Virus record (IMG/VR): IMGVR_UViG_3300025732_000038
Origin: an uncultured virus (IMG/VR IMGVR_UViG_3300025732_000038)
Lineage: Duplodnaviria; Heunggongvirae; Uroviricota; Caudoviricetes
Direction: 5' to 3' (one strand)
Length of the DNA stretch: 64,000 nucleotides
Of this stretch, positions 53,265-64,000 are shown one piece after another. Made by a program: the position numbers and the translations under genes. The notes under the pieces were generated by a model. It was not told the DNA's origin, made no database searches, and saw only the letters and a list, made by a program, of their open reading frames with translations. Each line of letters begins with the position of its first letter. The first letter of the stretch is position 1.

Positions 53265-54164
53265 ATGATTGCGGAGGACAAGGTTGGCGACTTCGTAACC
53301 CTGTTCCGTGGTCGTGGTGACTGCTACGGCTCTTGGGAAGGTGGCTGTGTCCGTGAGCCACTCACCTTTGAATCGTTCGCCAATCATCTGGAACGAGGCC
53401 CGCACATCGGTGTCTACCCCTGTGTCACTGCGTCTGGCAAGACGCTGTGCGTATGGGGTTGTAGCGACATTGACTATGACGAGCCAGCGCACGCATGGAT
53501 TCTTGCTGACGCTCTCTCTCATGTCGGTGTGACCGCATGGGTTGAGAAGACTGCGAGAGGCTACCACGTGTGGGTGTTCGCTACCGAACTGACGCCAGCG
53601 TCGGACATGCGGCGCATGTTCCTCGCCGCTCACAAGGTTGTTGATCTCCCACCGAAGGAAGTCAATCCGAAGCAGGAAACCTTGGAGCGTGGGCAAGTGG
53701 GCAACTACGTTCGTCTCCCGTATCCGAACATCGGCTCTGGTAAGAGAGTCATGGTCAATCGCGATGGTTCACCCATCTCGTTTGATGACTTCATTGCCAG
53801 CGCCATTGGCAGTCGCATCAACCCCGAAAGGGTTGGGGAGATTGCTAAACTGTACAAAGCACCGACAGTTGAGGCGCGCGATTATGGTCAGCCCTCGGCT
53901 GACCTTGCTTCAACGGTTCGTTCTCTTTCGGTCGCAGGCCGAGCCATCTACCGTGATGGCCCGCTTGAGGGCAGGGATAGATCAACCACACTTGTTCGTC
54001 TTGCCTACGAGTGCAAGCAAGCGAACATACATCCAGCCGACGCACTTAGAATTTTGGAGGATGCTGATTTGCGATGGGGCAAGTACATGGCGAGGGGCGA
54101 AAGAGGACACGTGGAGTTGGAAAAATTACTGGTGCGAGCGTACGGTCGCACTCCATCTTCATAG
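53265..54164 (+). CDS. AEP-family primase
   Basis: Homolog of 16207-17106. Confidence 0.8.
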   Translation: MIAEDKVGDFVTLFRGRGDCYGSWEGGCVREPLTFESFANHLERGPHIGVYPCVTASGKTLCVWGCSDIDYDEPAHAWILADALSHVGVTAWVEKTARGYHVWVFATELTPASDMRRMFLAAHKVVDLPPKEVNPKQETLERGQVGNYVRLPYPNIGSGKRVMVNRDGSPISFDDFIASAIGSRINPERVGEIAKLYKAPTVEARDYGQPSADLASTVRSLSVAGRAIYRDGPLEGRDRSTTLVRLAYECKQANIHPADALRILEDADLRWGKYMARGERGHVELEKLLVRAYGRTPSS

Positions 54165-54487
54165 AAGGCAAGCCACACCCAAAGGAACGACCACGTGTTG
54201 TTCAGCGCAACGGCAAGGCTTTGGCATACACGCCGAAGAAAACTGTTGACGCTGAGAAAGCAATAGCCCAAGCGTGGGACGGGCCAGTCTTTGAGGGCGA
54301 GGTTGCTGTCCACATCGTGGTGGACACGGAAGGAACAGCGATCATCGTTGAGCGCGTCGACATTGACAACAAGACGAAGTTGCGTGGCGATCTAGACAAC
54401 TACATCAAGACAATCCTTGATGCGTTGAACGGTATCGCTTGGCGTGATGACTCTCAGGTTGTCAAGATCACGGGAATCAAAGCATGA
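54074..54487 (+). CDS. rusA: RusA-like resolvase
   Basis: GDLDNYIKTILDALNGIAWRDDSQV. Confidence 0.88.
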   Translation: MGQVHGEGRKRTRGVGKITGASVRSHSIFIEGKPHPKERPRVVQRNGKALAYTPKKTVDAEKAIAQAWDGPVFEGEVAVHIVVDTEGTAIIVERVDIDNKTKLRGDLDNYIKTILDALNGIAWRDDSQVVKITGIKA

Positions 54488-54948
54488 ACGCCGCCGCCTT
54501 CAAGGACAAGAGTTGGAACGGCAGGTACGGTTCAATGGGTGACACGGCGGAGACAGCGTTCTTGGGTATCCACCCTTACGCTCACCGCATGGGTCTCAAC
54601 CGCCCTGTCTTTGATGTGCGTGGCATGGCCGACGCCATGCGATACGCACCAGACTTCATGGTTCCCGACTGCCTGTATGAGGTGATGGGCGTGGCGTCAC
54701 GTGGTGATGGTACGCTCAAACTGAAACTGAACAAGGCTTCAGCACTTCAGACATGGCAGTGTATTGGGCCGATCAGGATGTGGATTTACGATTCGTCTCG
54801 CAAGAGGTATTGGGATTCTCCTCTTGTAGATTGGTTGAAGGCATGCCACAAGCATGCCAGCGTGGACAGGTTCCACGACAACAACCAGCCGTACTTCGCA
54901 TTGCCGATTGAGAACTTTCCATCGGAGCCTATCCGCCATGCCGTTTGA
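54484..54948 (+). CDS. Putative PD-(D/E)XK-fold protein (genome-specific)
   Basis: MGDTAE...YAPDF...YEVMG; replaces 17426-18149. Confidence 0.55.
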   Translation: MNAAAFKDKSWNGRYGSMGDTAETAFLGIHPYAHRMGLNRPVFDVRGMADAMRYAPDFMVPDCLYEVMGVASRGDGTLKLKLNKASALQTWQCIGPIRMWIYDSSRKRYWDSPLVDWLKACHKHASVDRFHDNNQPYFALPIENFPSEPIRHAV

Positions 54949-55708
54949 CCCTGACGTATTGGCAGCAGTGCCCACGACCGAAGCAGAAAGACTGCTACAG
55001 TATGGGGACGATACAACCAACTACGACATTGCGCACATTGAGGCTGTGCGTGATGCGATTGAAACACTCGGGCCAGAAGCAAGGTTCTGTGTTGAAGCCA
55101 TCTTCTATGAGGGCATCTCATACAGCACACTTGGTAAGCGGCTCGGGGTATCCAAGCCTCACGCTTGGCGGTTGGCTCGCAAAGCCATCGCTGAACTTGA
55201 GCGCAAACTATTCACCAACCACGCTATCAACATGAGGTACAAGGTGTTCGACAACTGGGAAGATGCGGCTGAAGCAATCGTTATCGAATGGGACGGTACG
55301 TCTGGTTCGCAAGCGGCTCACCATCCGCACATTGAGTTCTATCGCACGCGCCTAGCCAAGGCAGTACGGGAACAGGAGGAGACGCCTCGGCTTCTCATCA
55401 TTGATCTCGCCTACCTTGCTGTCAACGAGTTGCGTTATCGCAAGCAATGGGACGCCGAAGAGATGGTTGCCCTTCTCGTGCGCAAGCAACGAGACTACGG
55501 GCATAACAACATCCTGGAGTTCGGACATGTCGGACTCATGATTCGGTTGTGTGATAAACTGGCAAGACTCAATACCCTGCTGGATAGCGGAGCGGAACCG
55601 TCCAACGAATCGTTGATCGATACGTGGATGGACATCGTTGGCTATTCGGTAATTTCCGAAATGCTCTTTATGAATACGTTCAGTCTCGACCTCAAGGAGG
55701 AATCATGA
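54938..55708 (+). CDS. Sigma region-4-like HTH / DUF1599 fusion
   Basis: Homolog of 18136-18906. Confidence 0.75.
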   Translation: MPFDPDVLAAVPTTEAERLLQYGDDTTNYDIAHIEAVRDAIETLGPEARFCVEAIFYEGISYSTLGKRLGVSKPHAWRLARKAIAELERKLFTNHAINMRYKVFDNWEDAAEAIVIEWDGTSGSQAAHHPHIEFYRTRLAKAVREQEETPRLLIIDLAYLAVNELRYRKQWDAEEMVALLVRKQRDYGHNNILEFGHVGLMIRLCDKLARLNTLLDSGAEPSNESLIDTWMDIVGYSVISEMLFMNTFSLDLKEES

Positions 55709-55881
55709 AAATGTTTGAACACGAGCGATTGTCGCCCATTGAAATGGAAGCACTGCTCATTGCCCTCACCCTATTTGTTGTGGGTGACGACGACAAGGCG
55801 ATAGATCAGATTGCTCAGATGTCGGAAGTGATTGCTACGCGGATGGAGGAAGACATCAATGGCGAAACTCCAGAAGAATGA
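55705..55881 (+). CDS. Hypothetical protein
   Basis: Homolog of 18912-19106. Confidence 0.7.
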   Translation: MKMFEHERLSPIEMEALLIALTLFVVGDDDKAIDQIAQMSEVIATRMEEDINGETPEE

Positions 55882-56020
55882 CTACAAGGAACTGCTTGCC
55901 GCTTTGAACAAACTCAAAGCGACAGTCCTTTCCAAAGGAATGCCATACAATAATGTGCGCACCATTGATGACACCATCAATGTTGTTACCAGAGTGATGG
56001 AGAAGCATGTTCATGAGTGA
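55859..56020 (+). CDS. Hypothetical protein
   Basis: Homolog of 19060-19224. Confidence 0.7.
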   Translation: MAKLQKNDYKELLAALNKLKATVLSKGMPYNNVRTIDDTINVVTRVMEKHVHE

Positions 56021-56264
56021 CCTTGAAGGCTTTGACCCAGAAGACATTGCCGATCTGGAGGCGCGAGCCAGACGAATTGAGCATGACCACGACACATACT
56101 TTGAGTTGACGTTAGTTGTCAACGCACATGGGGCGAAAGAGTTTCTTCGCAAGTATTACGAAGCGAAGGACGGTGAAGTCATGTCATTCTTAGACATGAT
56201 GATGATCGTCCACGCGATAGCCAAATCGCTAGAGGAGGCTCTCGCTCAGGACGATGGTTCGTGA
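56013..56264 (+). CDS. Hypothetical acidic protein
   Basis: Homolog of 19217-19468. Confidence 0.75.
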   Translation: MSDLEGFDPEDIADLEARARRIEHDHDTYFELTLVVNAHGAKEFLRKYYEAKDGEVMSFLDMMMIVHAIAKSLEEALAQDDGS

Positions 56265-56743
56265 CCTCTAGTATCAGCAAGTAGCAATGCGAACACGAAG
56301 TCGATGTAAGCGGCGTTGTCGGCAACCTCGTTGCTGATTTCCACATGGAGCCACCGCCCATACGGGGCGCCGCTTACAGTCGGCTTCTTGTAGTCCTGCC
56401 AAGCAAGACGAGTGACATTCCAACCGCGCCCATAAGGCGCGGGGAAGTAATCAACAATCAGTTCAATACCCAAGGCCTCCCAGTTGCGGACAAAGAAGTC
56501 CGCCAAGGCGAGGCCATCTTCACGGTTGGTGTAACCGAAATCGACAGCCCGCCCCGTACTGTGGACGCTGGGCTTGCCAGGTTTGCCGCGCATGTCGCGC
56601 ACCATGAACGAACCAAGATTACGAATCTTGCCACCGTTCAGGAACAGAACGTAGTCAATCAACTTCTGTGTTCCAGCGCGTCGACCCGAAGCCTGTTTAT
56701 CAAAGCCCGTGTACGTGCGCTTTCCCTTCCAGATTTTCATCAC
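56246..56743 (-). CDS. Endolysin-like M15-fold peptidase
   Basis: SVHSTGRAVD, WLHVE. Confidence 0.75.
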   Translation of the reverse strand: MMKIWKGKRTYTGFDKQASGRRAGTQKLIDYVLFLNGGKIRNLGSFMVRDMRGKPGKPSVHSTGRAVDFGYTNREDGLALADFFVRNWEALGIELIVDYFPAPYGRGWNVTRLAWQDYKKPTVSGAPYGRWLHVEISNEVADNAAYIDFVFALLLADTRGHEPSS

Positions 56744-59700
56744 CAGTTCTCCTGTCGTCGCTGTTCAGCCTCACGCTGCGATGCCGTAACACCACGCAAT
56801 GGGATGCCCAAGTATCCGAAGATGTTGCTCAACTGGCGTTCCTCGTTGTAGTCTGTTGAGGGCATGATGCGCTCGACCTGGCCGAGCAACGGCACGAGGT
56901 TCTGAACCGCATAGTTGAAGCGTTCGCTTGAACCGCGTTCTCCCGATGGGAGATCGCGTCCTTGGAATAGAAGTTCAGCAAGCAACTGAACCGCAGGCTT
57001 CAGTGGACCACCAGCAGTCTGCTGATCTTCATCCCTGAATGGCACGTTCCTATAGAACTTGCGGTCACCGAAGATCGTTTCAAACGGTAGGCGCAAGATC
57101 GGGTTGACGTACGACAGCAGGCGAGCGGGGTCAGAGAACTCCTCAAACTGCTGGCCCACCCTATTGAATCCCATGTCCATCATGACGTATAGGTTGTCGC
57201 CAACCTTCACGGCGCCCTGTTCCTTCATCCACGATGGCAAGAACTTGTCCTCGTCGTCATTCACTCCGAGGTTGTTCATGGCGTCCTGATAGATGTTGTA
57301 GGCGCGAGGGTTCTGCCATTGGTTCATGATCTGGAGTGGTAGGTTGCGCGACATCCAGAACCAGAACGGAACAATGGGGCGCATGATGGCATCGCCCACG
57401 CCAACATCCGTGTAATCAAATAGATACCGCTTGACTCGTGCGGTGGCTTGATTGAAATCAAGGCCACGCACAACCGAATCGTAGGCGAGCATAAATCGGG
57501 CGCTACCTTCAACTGCTTCGTTGCGGGTGCGGAATAGGCGGGTGTACTTGTTGTCAGTCAAACCAGCACGCTTAGGTTTCCACATCAAAAACGCGTCGCT
57601 AGTCTTGCCGTACCCAGACGCGTCGGCAGCCTTGATGGCCAAGCCGACAGTGAACCTGTCCGTCTCGTTGAGACTAGCAAGCCATGCTTCGTGCGTTCCG
57701 TTATCAACGGCTTGAGTAAACTTGCGATACCAGCCTAAACCTTCGCTCATATTCTTGGGTGACGCGCCAGCAGCCACAAGCATGAAGGTGTTCTGCATCG
57801 CGTTACGAACAACGAACCCTGGTGTTGATGTGGCGTACGACTTGAAGAAACCAGTGTACTTGCCGATTACTCTATTGAGTGCACGAATGTAGGATGGCTC
57901 CAACATCTGCGACATGTTGCGAGAAATCTCCTCAAGTTCGGGCGCAGCCTGATACGAAGGCAAGCCCAGCCGCTCCAAGGAAACCATGCCCTCGTTGAGT
58001 TGCTGCACCACGCGCTTGCCCCAGTAACCATCGCGCAAGTTGAGAAGCATGTTCTCTGCGGCGGCAGCCTGACGTTCGCGCATGACGAACGCAGATGACG
58101 CCTCAAGATAATCCGCCTTGAGACGCAACAACTTCTCGTAATCCTTCTTGGCAACAGGACGATTGACATAAGCCGAATATGCGTCAGTCAACCAATGACC
58201 AGCCTCGCCGCTAATAGCGGTCTGACTTTCTGGTGCGGCAGTATGGCCGACCTCGGCAAGCAACTCCTCGGATTCCTTGAGCCATTCCTCCATATCAAGT
58301 TTGACGGCAAGGAGATCATCGCTGGCCCTGTCCTTGACAGCGTTCAGTTTGTCGAGAATTGTTCGCAGTCCTTCGGCCTTGCGCGCAAGAGATGGAACGA
58401 CAGTAGCGGCGTGCTTCTGCGCATCCATGTAGTTGACATGAGAGGAATCAAACTTCTTGCTTGCTTCAAGCAATGCTTCTTCGGCTCGGATAACGTCCTT
58501 TGTTTCCTGCTCAACCAACTTGGCGCGACCGCGCTCCATCTTGGCGGTTGCCACATCCTCGGCTTTCCAGGCCTTCTTGAGTTCCTTCTCCATCTCCTTG
58601 GCATTCTTGATCAACTTGGCACGAGTGCCCTCAAGTGTCTGCGTGCGAGTCATACCAATGCCAAAGATTTCGTACGTATCGCCAGGATAGATGCTCTTGA
58701 GGAAGCCGATCTCGGCTTCAATCTGCGCCTTCCTGAAAGCAAACTCATTGAGTTTTGCTGATGTCACGAGGATATCCGCTTGAGGATGAAGGTCTACGAC
58801 CTCACGAGCGATGGTATCCACCGCTTCTCCAATGCTTGCGCCATCACTGCGTAGCGCAGCATAACGCTCAAGTGCATTGTACTGTTCCTTGGTTGTACGC
58901 GTGATTGACTCAAGATAGCCAGTCAGTTCATCGCTGATTCTATCAAGTTCATACTTGGCTCCAGCAACACCAACAACTGGCTTCTCGTATGGAACCTTGT
59001 ATGCTTGAGTGCGCGCAAATTCTTGCGCCTGCTTTTCTGCTTCCTTCGGAGCAACTCCAGCATCAATCAACTCTTGATACTTTGTTGTCCGTATATTTGA
59101 ATAGTCGCCAATATTCCATGGCTTGTATCCATACGGAGCGCCAGGTTGTGGTGCGTGCACATCACCCCATGCCTTGCGCGCAGCATTGCGCATTTCGGTG
59201 ACAGTCTTGACAACCTTACCAGTTTCGCGAACAGTTTTATTATAAGCAACTTCTTCTGCTGAATTGCGCAACTCATCAACAGTGCCGAGCAATTCCGCTT
59301 CCTTGCTATCTGCCCACACCCTATCAATATAGCCCTTGCGCCAGCGAACAAAGTTGCTGTCAACGGTATAGACCGTTTCCTTATTTGTCCGCGCGGTGTA
59401 AGAGAATGCGTTTGCGACATCCTCAATGGTAATGTCACCATTACCGATTGCTTGGGCAATCCAATGAATCTTCTGAAGCACCGATTTCTGTTTTGCAGAA
59501 TTAGCAGTCGCTCCTTCAAACATAACTTCCGCACGCGCCGCCGCAATGTCTGCGTCCTCAATATCTTTTCTCATTGAGGCAATGGATGGCAAGCGCGCTT
59601 CTCGCTGCTTGGCAGCAGAACGCGAAACAGTCATGGCATAACGCCTTGCTTCTTCTTCGCTCATTCCTTCTGAACGCGCCATGCGATAAGCGGCACGTTG

Positions 59701-62700
59701 TGCTTCATCGCCAATCTTTCCAGCCTGTTCCGCCGCAGTGATTTCGCCAGCATACTGACGCATAGGCGGAACAATTCCAGCCTGCGTCTCCTTCAATTGG
59801 GATGCAAGAAGTTTGCTATCACCATGGAAATTGAACAACATTTCAATTTCCCATGGCTCAAACCCAAGATGGACTGGAGCACCACTTGAATCGCGGACGA
59901 CAAATGGAATAATAGGAGATTCAAGCAAAGGCCTAAGGCTACTATCCAATTGTTTCTGCAGGGCGTCCGCCTCTTCCGTTTTTCCCGCCTTAGCCAACTG
60001 CTTGATGCGCCGTTGTACACGAGCGACATCGCCCAATGTTGAATCAGTTTTGGGAATGAAATAAGTGTTGCCTTCAGTAATTTCTGCAGGATTCTGAATG
60101 AGTTTATAATCCTGCGCTTCCCATTTCGCATCTATTTCAATGGTGCTTTCAATACGCGCCATTTGTGCTCTGAGAAGTTGTTCCGTTGCTTCCAACTGTT
60201 TTATTTCTTCTTCGATTGCAGCACGTTTTGCCATTGCGCCTTTGACTGTTGGGTCGATGGCCTGCCATTTTGTATTTAGTTCAATATTTTTCTTGACAGT
60301 AGCATTGATTTGATTTCTAACAGAAGCGGCCTCATTTATTGCCGTGTAATCCTTGATGCCCAACTTCACGTAGACAGTCTGGCCAGAATCAAAAGCATTC
60401 TTTGCAACTTTATGTCTAGGCAATTGATAGTACAAATCAAATGGACTGCTAGCGGCATAGGGAACCATCTGCTCAATAATGCTTTGCTCGTCCTGCCGCA
60501 CAAGAGCGCGCATATATTCAGGAGAACTCTCAACTTCAGCGATCTTATTATGCATTGCTCGCATAGCGCGAAGGTCCTGCATTTCAAGAACGCCAAGAAC
60601 ATCTTGAGCATCCGTAAGTTTGGCACCCTTGGGAAGATTCAATGCTTCATTGACAACAATATCCCTATAGTTCCAGATGTCGGGATTCTCGGCGTCAATC
60701 CTATAAATAAATTCCTCAATAGTCAACTCAGCCTTGATGGCTTCATTCAACATGAAATTGAATTTCTCGTTCGCCGCCTCAAGGCGACGAGCACCATAGG
60801 AAAGACTATTGGCATACCAGCCAGGCAGATCCTGAATGCTATTGCCAGTGAACTTCAACTGCCGAACGTCGACAAACGGGTCGCTGGCATCCATCAACCA
60901 GCCAGTGCGTTGACGCATGGTTCTTCCAGATTCCTGCGCCTTCTGCAATGTTGACTGCGCCCAACGCTTCATCTCCAAAGGAGATGCATCCTCGGTCAAA
61001 CGTCCAGAACTGGATTTGATAGCCTTGTATTCTTTGAGCGTAGCAACAATCTCGGCGTCCTTCAAAGACGTAGCAGAAGGGTCAACATGTGCACGCCACC
61101 AATCAAGCAACTTCCCCTTCTTGAGAGCAGCCTTCTTGGCGCTCAACTGCTTGGGAGTAGGAAGTGATTCCAATTCTTTCTGCAACGCCAGACGCTGTTC
61201 TGGCGTAAGCATATCGTTCTTGAGGGCAAGGGCAAGTTTCTTGCGTTCCCACGCAAAACCACTATCGCCAGCCTTGCCACCATACCGCTGGAACTCGGCA
61301 TACAATTCAGCAGCCGAACCAGTACCATTCAACTTGGTGATAAGCGCGACCGACCTGTCGTTGTCAAACGTATCATCAGCAACAATCTTCTGAAGTCGAT
61401 TGTACAATTCCTGCGAGCGACCAGTCCAATCTGAACTTTCAATGACATCAAGAACTTCTCGCATCTTGGCTTCAACGCGAGTCAACCCAGATAGATGAGA
61501 GCGCACCTCAGTGGAAGAATCACGGGCAACGGCATTGATGACCGCCCTGAACATTGATTCGTTTGCGACGAATCCTTCTTTGGCCATGAGGTCAACGACG
61601 CGATCAAAGCGGAGTTGAACCTCGCTCCTGAAATGCGTCTCCATCAATAGGTTGCCGAACTCGCGCCGAATATCATCGACGCTTGTACCACCGTATTCAA
61701 ACTCTTGAATGGTCTTACCAAACGCGGCGGTTGCCTCGGCCTTGGCTTGCTTTAGCGCCTCGCCAGTTGCCTTCCCTTCTTGAACTGCACGACGAACAGC
61801 GGCAACATCTTTTTGTCCCTGTACATCATAGTATGCAATCTTGTTCTGTTCGTTCAACTTTCTGCGTGCATCGTTGATCAATGCCCGCAAACTTTCCTTC
61901 TCGCTGGAAGGATCGTACATTACTCGTCCAGTAATAACTCCAGTTCGTACGCTATCCTTCTCCACTTTTCCAGTAATGATCTTGTCAATGAAGTTTTCAA
62001 CTTCATCCATTGATGGAGCATTGCCCAATTCGTATGTCATCGAATTGATCATATTTCCAATATTGATGTATCTACTTCCACGTGAAGTATTCTTTAGTTC
62101 TCCACGCACAACATCCTGGATGGCAAACGAAATATCAAACTCGTGGCGATTGACCTCAGTCATGTGTCCCTTCAGGACATCAATGAGTTCATTCCATGTA
62201 ATAGAGCGAGTTTCCTCAATTGAGTTCACCATCGCCATATCGCCCAAATCGCGGATAGTAGATTTGGCATTTACGCCTGGACCACGAAGCGCAAGACCAG
62301 CAAGATCGCTAGCCTCGAATCCTTCCTGCATATTTGCAAGCGCCCTGATGTTGATGTAGTTATCATCTGAACCAAGGAACGGCGACAGAAGATTGCGCAA
62401 AGATGAATACTGGTTGTCGTCCACAATGCTGGCAAGAATGTCATACGCAATCGGTTGATTCATATCAACCTTTCCGACAACATCACCCAACCGAATAAGA
62501 AGATTGGAAGCAGCAGCATGCGACGTCAGGTCGTCAATGATTGCACGTTCAATCGTCGCATAATTGTCCAGGATGCGCTGAACAGTAATGACACCACGAC
62601 CGCTACGGTTGGCTTTATTGAAAGCCAACAAATAGGAGTTGGCCTTTGCTGCCTCGGCAAGATACTGTTCCATACGAGTTCTCAACTCTGGAGCAATATC

Positions 62701-64000
62701 ATTACGGGCGACCAGCATGGCCATGCCAAGAGCGCGCATCTCTTCAAGGGATGCTTCGCCAGCAATTGCTCGTTTCAATGTTGTCTTGACACGCTCGGGT
62801 TCAATCGCCTTTACAATCTTTTCAAGATTGATTGGCGCATCACCCTGGGCATCCATGAACCATTTTTGGTTCTTGATGCCGACCTCGCCCTCAATAAACT
62901 TGCCGCCAGCCCGTTCATAGCGATCACGCACGATCTGGTTTTGGGCAACAGTCAACTTCTTATTCTTGGGAATCTTCATTTCCTTGCGGAAATCAGCGGC
63001 CAAAGAATCAAACTGTTCCTTATCGGCAATGCTTGGCCGCGAACCAGAAACACGGGCGGACATTCCACCCTCAACGCGGACTTCGCCAAACAATGCTTTA
63101 CGCACGTTCTCTGCCAGCGTCTTCTGCTGCGCTGGATTCCCACCAGAAACAATCGAATACCATTCACTTTGGATAATATTCGACTTCTGAATTACAGCAA
63201 GTTCTTTCTTGTCCAACTCCTGCCATTCCTTGGACAAGACGGACATGCGATCAATAACCTCACGACTGACTGTCTCCGTACGAGTGAGTTCAGCGGAGAT
63301 TTCATCAATCTGCTTGAGGGTCGAATTGTAGGACTCTTCCAACAAATCAAGTACGGGCGGTCGTTCACCCATAACAGCAGCAAGTGAATGCTGCTTGATG
63401 AGCAAGGCATTCTTTGCTGCGTCAAGAGCCTGCTGCGCCATGTGCTTATGCATGCCAGAACCAGCGTTCTCGGCAAATGCATCAAGCACATTCTTCATTG
63501 CGCCAGATGCCTCTTGGTCTGCAGCCTTCATCTCTGAAGTAATAAACGACTCGGAGAATGAAGTGAAATCGTTGAATGCTTTGATGGCTTTGTTGCGCGC
63601 AGTAGCGCGCGACTTCACGGCAGCGGTCAACTCATTTTGAAATGCGCGCTCAATCTCGGGATTGACCTCAATGAGCGAATCCAACTTTTTGTAAACGCCA
63701 CTATCAATCATGCTCTTGCGACGAGCAATAATTCCCATCTGCTTAGTGTACGCATCCACATACTTATCAAGAACCGTGGGCAAATCTGTTTCAAAGAAAT
63801 CAAAGTCAAGTTTGCCGAAATCACGGGCAATCTTATTGAGCGAATCAATACCACCAGCAAGGTCTTCCTCTGTCAGAATCTTACCAAAGAAGTCGTCGCC
63901 AACTTCCATACGCGTCTTCCATGCGGACACATTATCAAGTGGGTTGAACACCTGATCGCGAACCGTGAGAGCAAGCGAACTCCCATCGTCGCTCATCCAT
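56740..64000 (-). CDS. Giant internal virion protein, 5'-truncated by window edge
   Basis: Collinear with 19941-28349 from QVFNPLD onward; conserved C-terminus. Confidence 0.8.
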   Translation of the reverse strand, partial: WMSDDGSSLALTVRDQVFNPLDNVSAWKTRMEVGDDFFGKILTEEDLAGGIDSLNKIARDFGKLDFDFFETDLPTVLDKYVDAYTKQMGIIARRKSMIDSGVYKKLDSLIEVNPEIERAFQNELTAAVKSRATARNKAIKAFNDFTSFSESFITSEMKAADQEASGAMKNVLDAFAENAGSGMHKHMAQQALDAAKNALLIKQHSLAAVMGERPPVLDLLEESYNSTLKQIDEISAELTRTETVSREVIDRMSVLSKEWQELDKKELAVIQKSNIIQSEWYSIVSGGNPAQQKTLAENVRKALFGEVRVEGGMSARVSGSRPSIADKEQFDSLAADFRKEMKIPKNKKLTVAQNQIVRDRYERAGGKFIEGEVGIKNQKWFMDAQGDAPINLEKIVKAIEPERVKTTLKRAIAGEASLEEMRALGMAMLVARNDIAPELRTRMEQYLAEAAKANSYLLAFNKANRSGRGVITVQRILDNYATIERAIIDDLTSHAAASNLLIRLGDVVGKVDMNQPIAYDILASIVDDNQYSSLRNLLSPFLGSDDNYINIRALANMQEGFEASDLAGLALRGPGVNAKSTIRDLGDMAMVNSIEETRSITWNELIDVLKGHMTEVNRHEFDISFAIQDVVRGELKNTSRGSRYINIGNMINSMTYELGNAPSMDEVENFIDKIITGKVEKDSVRTGVITGRVMYDPSSEKESLRALINDARRKLNEQNKIAYYDVQGQKDVAAVRRAVQEGKATGEALKQAKAEATAAFGKTIQEFEYGGTSVDDIRREFGNLLMETHFRSEVQLRFDRVVDLMAKEGFVANESMFRAVINAVARDSSTEVRSHLSGLTRVEAKMREVLDVIESSDWTGRSQELYNRLQKIVADDTFDNDRSVALITKLNGTGSAAELYAEFQRYGGKAGDSGFAWERKKLALALKNDMLTPEQRLALQKELESLPTPKQLSAKKAALKKGKLLDWWRAHVDPSATSLKDAEIVATLKEYKAIKSSSGRLTEDASPLEMKRWAQSTLQKAQESGRTMRQRTGWLMDASDPFVDVRQLKFTGNSIQDLPGWYANSLSYGARRLEAANEKFNFMLNEAIKAELTIEEFIYRIDAENPDIWNYRDIVVNEALNLPKGAKLTDAQDVLGVLEMQDLRAMRAMHNKIAEVESSPEYMRALVRQDEQSIIEQMVPYAASSPFDLYYQLPRHKVAKNAFDSGQTVYVKLGIKDYTAINEAASVRNQINATVKKNIELNTKWQAIDPTVKGAMAKRAAIEEEIKQLEATEQLLRAQMARIESTIEIDAKWEAQDYKLIQNPAEITEGNTYFIPKTDSTLGDVARVQRRIKQLAKAGKTEEADALQKQLDSSLRPLLESPIIPFVVRDSSGAPVHLGFEPWEIEMLFNFHGDSKLLASQLKETQAGIVPPMRQYAGEITAAEQAGKIGDEAQRAAYRMARSEGMSEEEARRYAMTVSRSAAKQREARLPSIASMRKDIEDADIAAARAEVMFEGATANSAKQKSVLQKIHWIAQAIGNGDITIEDVANAFSYTARTNKETVYTVDSNFVRWRKGYIDRVWADSKEAELLGTVDELRNSAEEVAYNKTVRETGKVVKTVTEMRNAARKAWGDVHAPQPGAPYGYKPWNIGDYSNIRTTKYQELIDAGVAPKEAEKQAQEFARTQAYKVPYEKPVVGVAGAKYELDRISDELTGYLESITRTTKEQYNALERYAALRSDGASIGEAVDTIAREVVDLHPQADILVTSAKLNEFAFRKAQIEAEIGFLKSIYPGDTYEIFGIGMTRTQTLEGTRAKLIKNAKEMEKELKKAWKAEDVATAKMERGRAKLVEQETKDVIRAEEALLEASKKFDSSHVNYMDAQKHAATVVPSLARKAEGLRTILDKLNAVKDRASDDLLAVKLDMEEWLKESEELLAEVGHTAAPESQTAISGEAGHWLTDAYSAYVNRPVAKKDYEKLLRLKADYLEASSAFVMRERQAAAAENMLLNLRDGYWGKRVVQQLNEGMVSLERLGLPSYQAAPELEEISRNMSQMLEPSYIRALNRVIGKYTGFFKSYATSTPGFVVRNAMQNTFMLVAAGASPKNMSEGLGWYRKFTQAVDNGTHEAWLASLNETDRFTVGLAIKAADASGYGKTSDAFLMWKPKRAGLTDNKYTRLFRTRNEAVEGSARFMLAYDSVVRGLDFNQATARVKRYLFDYTDVGVGDAIMRPIVPFWFWMSRNLPLQIMNQWQNPRAYNIYQDAMNNLGVNDDEDKFLPSWMKEQGAVKVGDNLYVMMDMGFNRVGQQFEEFSDPARLLSYVNPILRLPFETIFGDRKFYRNVPFRDEDQQTAGGPLKPAVQLLAELLFQGRDLPSGERGSSERFNYAVQNLVPLLGQVERIMPSTDYNEERQLSNIFGYLGIPLRGVTASQREAEQRRQENW

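Larger units (their letters stand above)
1..64000. mobile_element. Two tandem, diverged copies of a ~37 kb podovirus-like phage genome
   Basis: Same gene order repeats (1 aligns to 37781; 11263 aligns to 48322); terminase, portal, capsid and helicase present; no host genes. Confidence 0.95.

Noticed and set aside
1..64000. Integrated tandem prophages, tRNA or rRNA genes
   Set aside because: No integrase, att-like junction or host DNA; no tRNA cloverleaf or rRNA-like sequence recognised by eye

Overview
The whole window is tailed-phage DNA. It holds two related but clearly diverged copies of a ~37 kb podovirus-like genome in tandem (offset ~37.8 kb at the portal/terminase, 37,059 bp at the GATase). 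No host genes, integrase or DNA polymerase are visible. The copies share one ~1.6 kb block that looks identical by eye (~11.33-12.95 kb = ~48.39-50.01 kb). The simplest reading is two circular genomes joined through that block: genome B is complete (~11.3-48.3 kb), and genome A supplies 1-11.3 kb and 50-64 kb. Minus-strand late genes are TerS, tail/receptor-binding proteins, TerL, holin, portal, scaffold, major capsid, tail tubular proteins, internal virion proteins including a 2802-aa giant, and an M15-type endolysin. Plus-strand early/middle genes are an amidoligase + class II GATase pair, a PD-(D/E)XK exonuclease, a DnaB-like helicase, an AEP primase, RusA and a sigma-region-4/DUF1599 fusion. 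A high-GC actinobacterial host is an inference. Comparing the two copies exposes non-coding features the ORF track misses. (1) An early-region module has four syntenic 18-bp palindromes that were all rewritten together between genomes (TTGATAGGTTCCTATCAA vs TGGTAGGAWWWCCTACCA). They surround a highly diverged putative DNA-binding gene that appears to start at AUA. (2) A type II pseudoknotted hammerhead ribozyme follows that gene, with a core-insertion variant in the second copy. (3) A covarying three-way-junction RNA carries one palindrome at its apex. (4) A late-promoter motif G(T/G)AACGA lies exactly 15 nt before apparently leaderless ATGs. (5) A TAGGGG-NN-TACAGT-hairpin-AACTAC(G/T)AC module is repeated at two loci per genome. 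All alignments and folds were done by eye.
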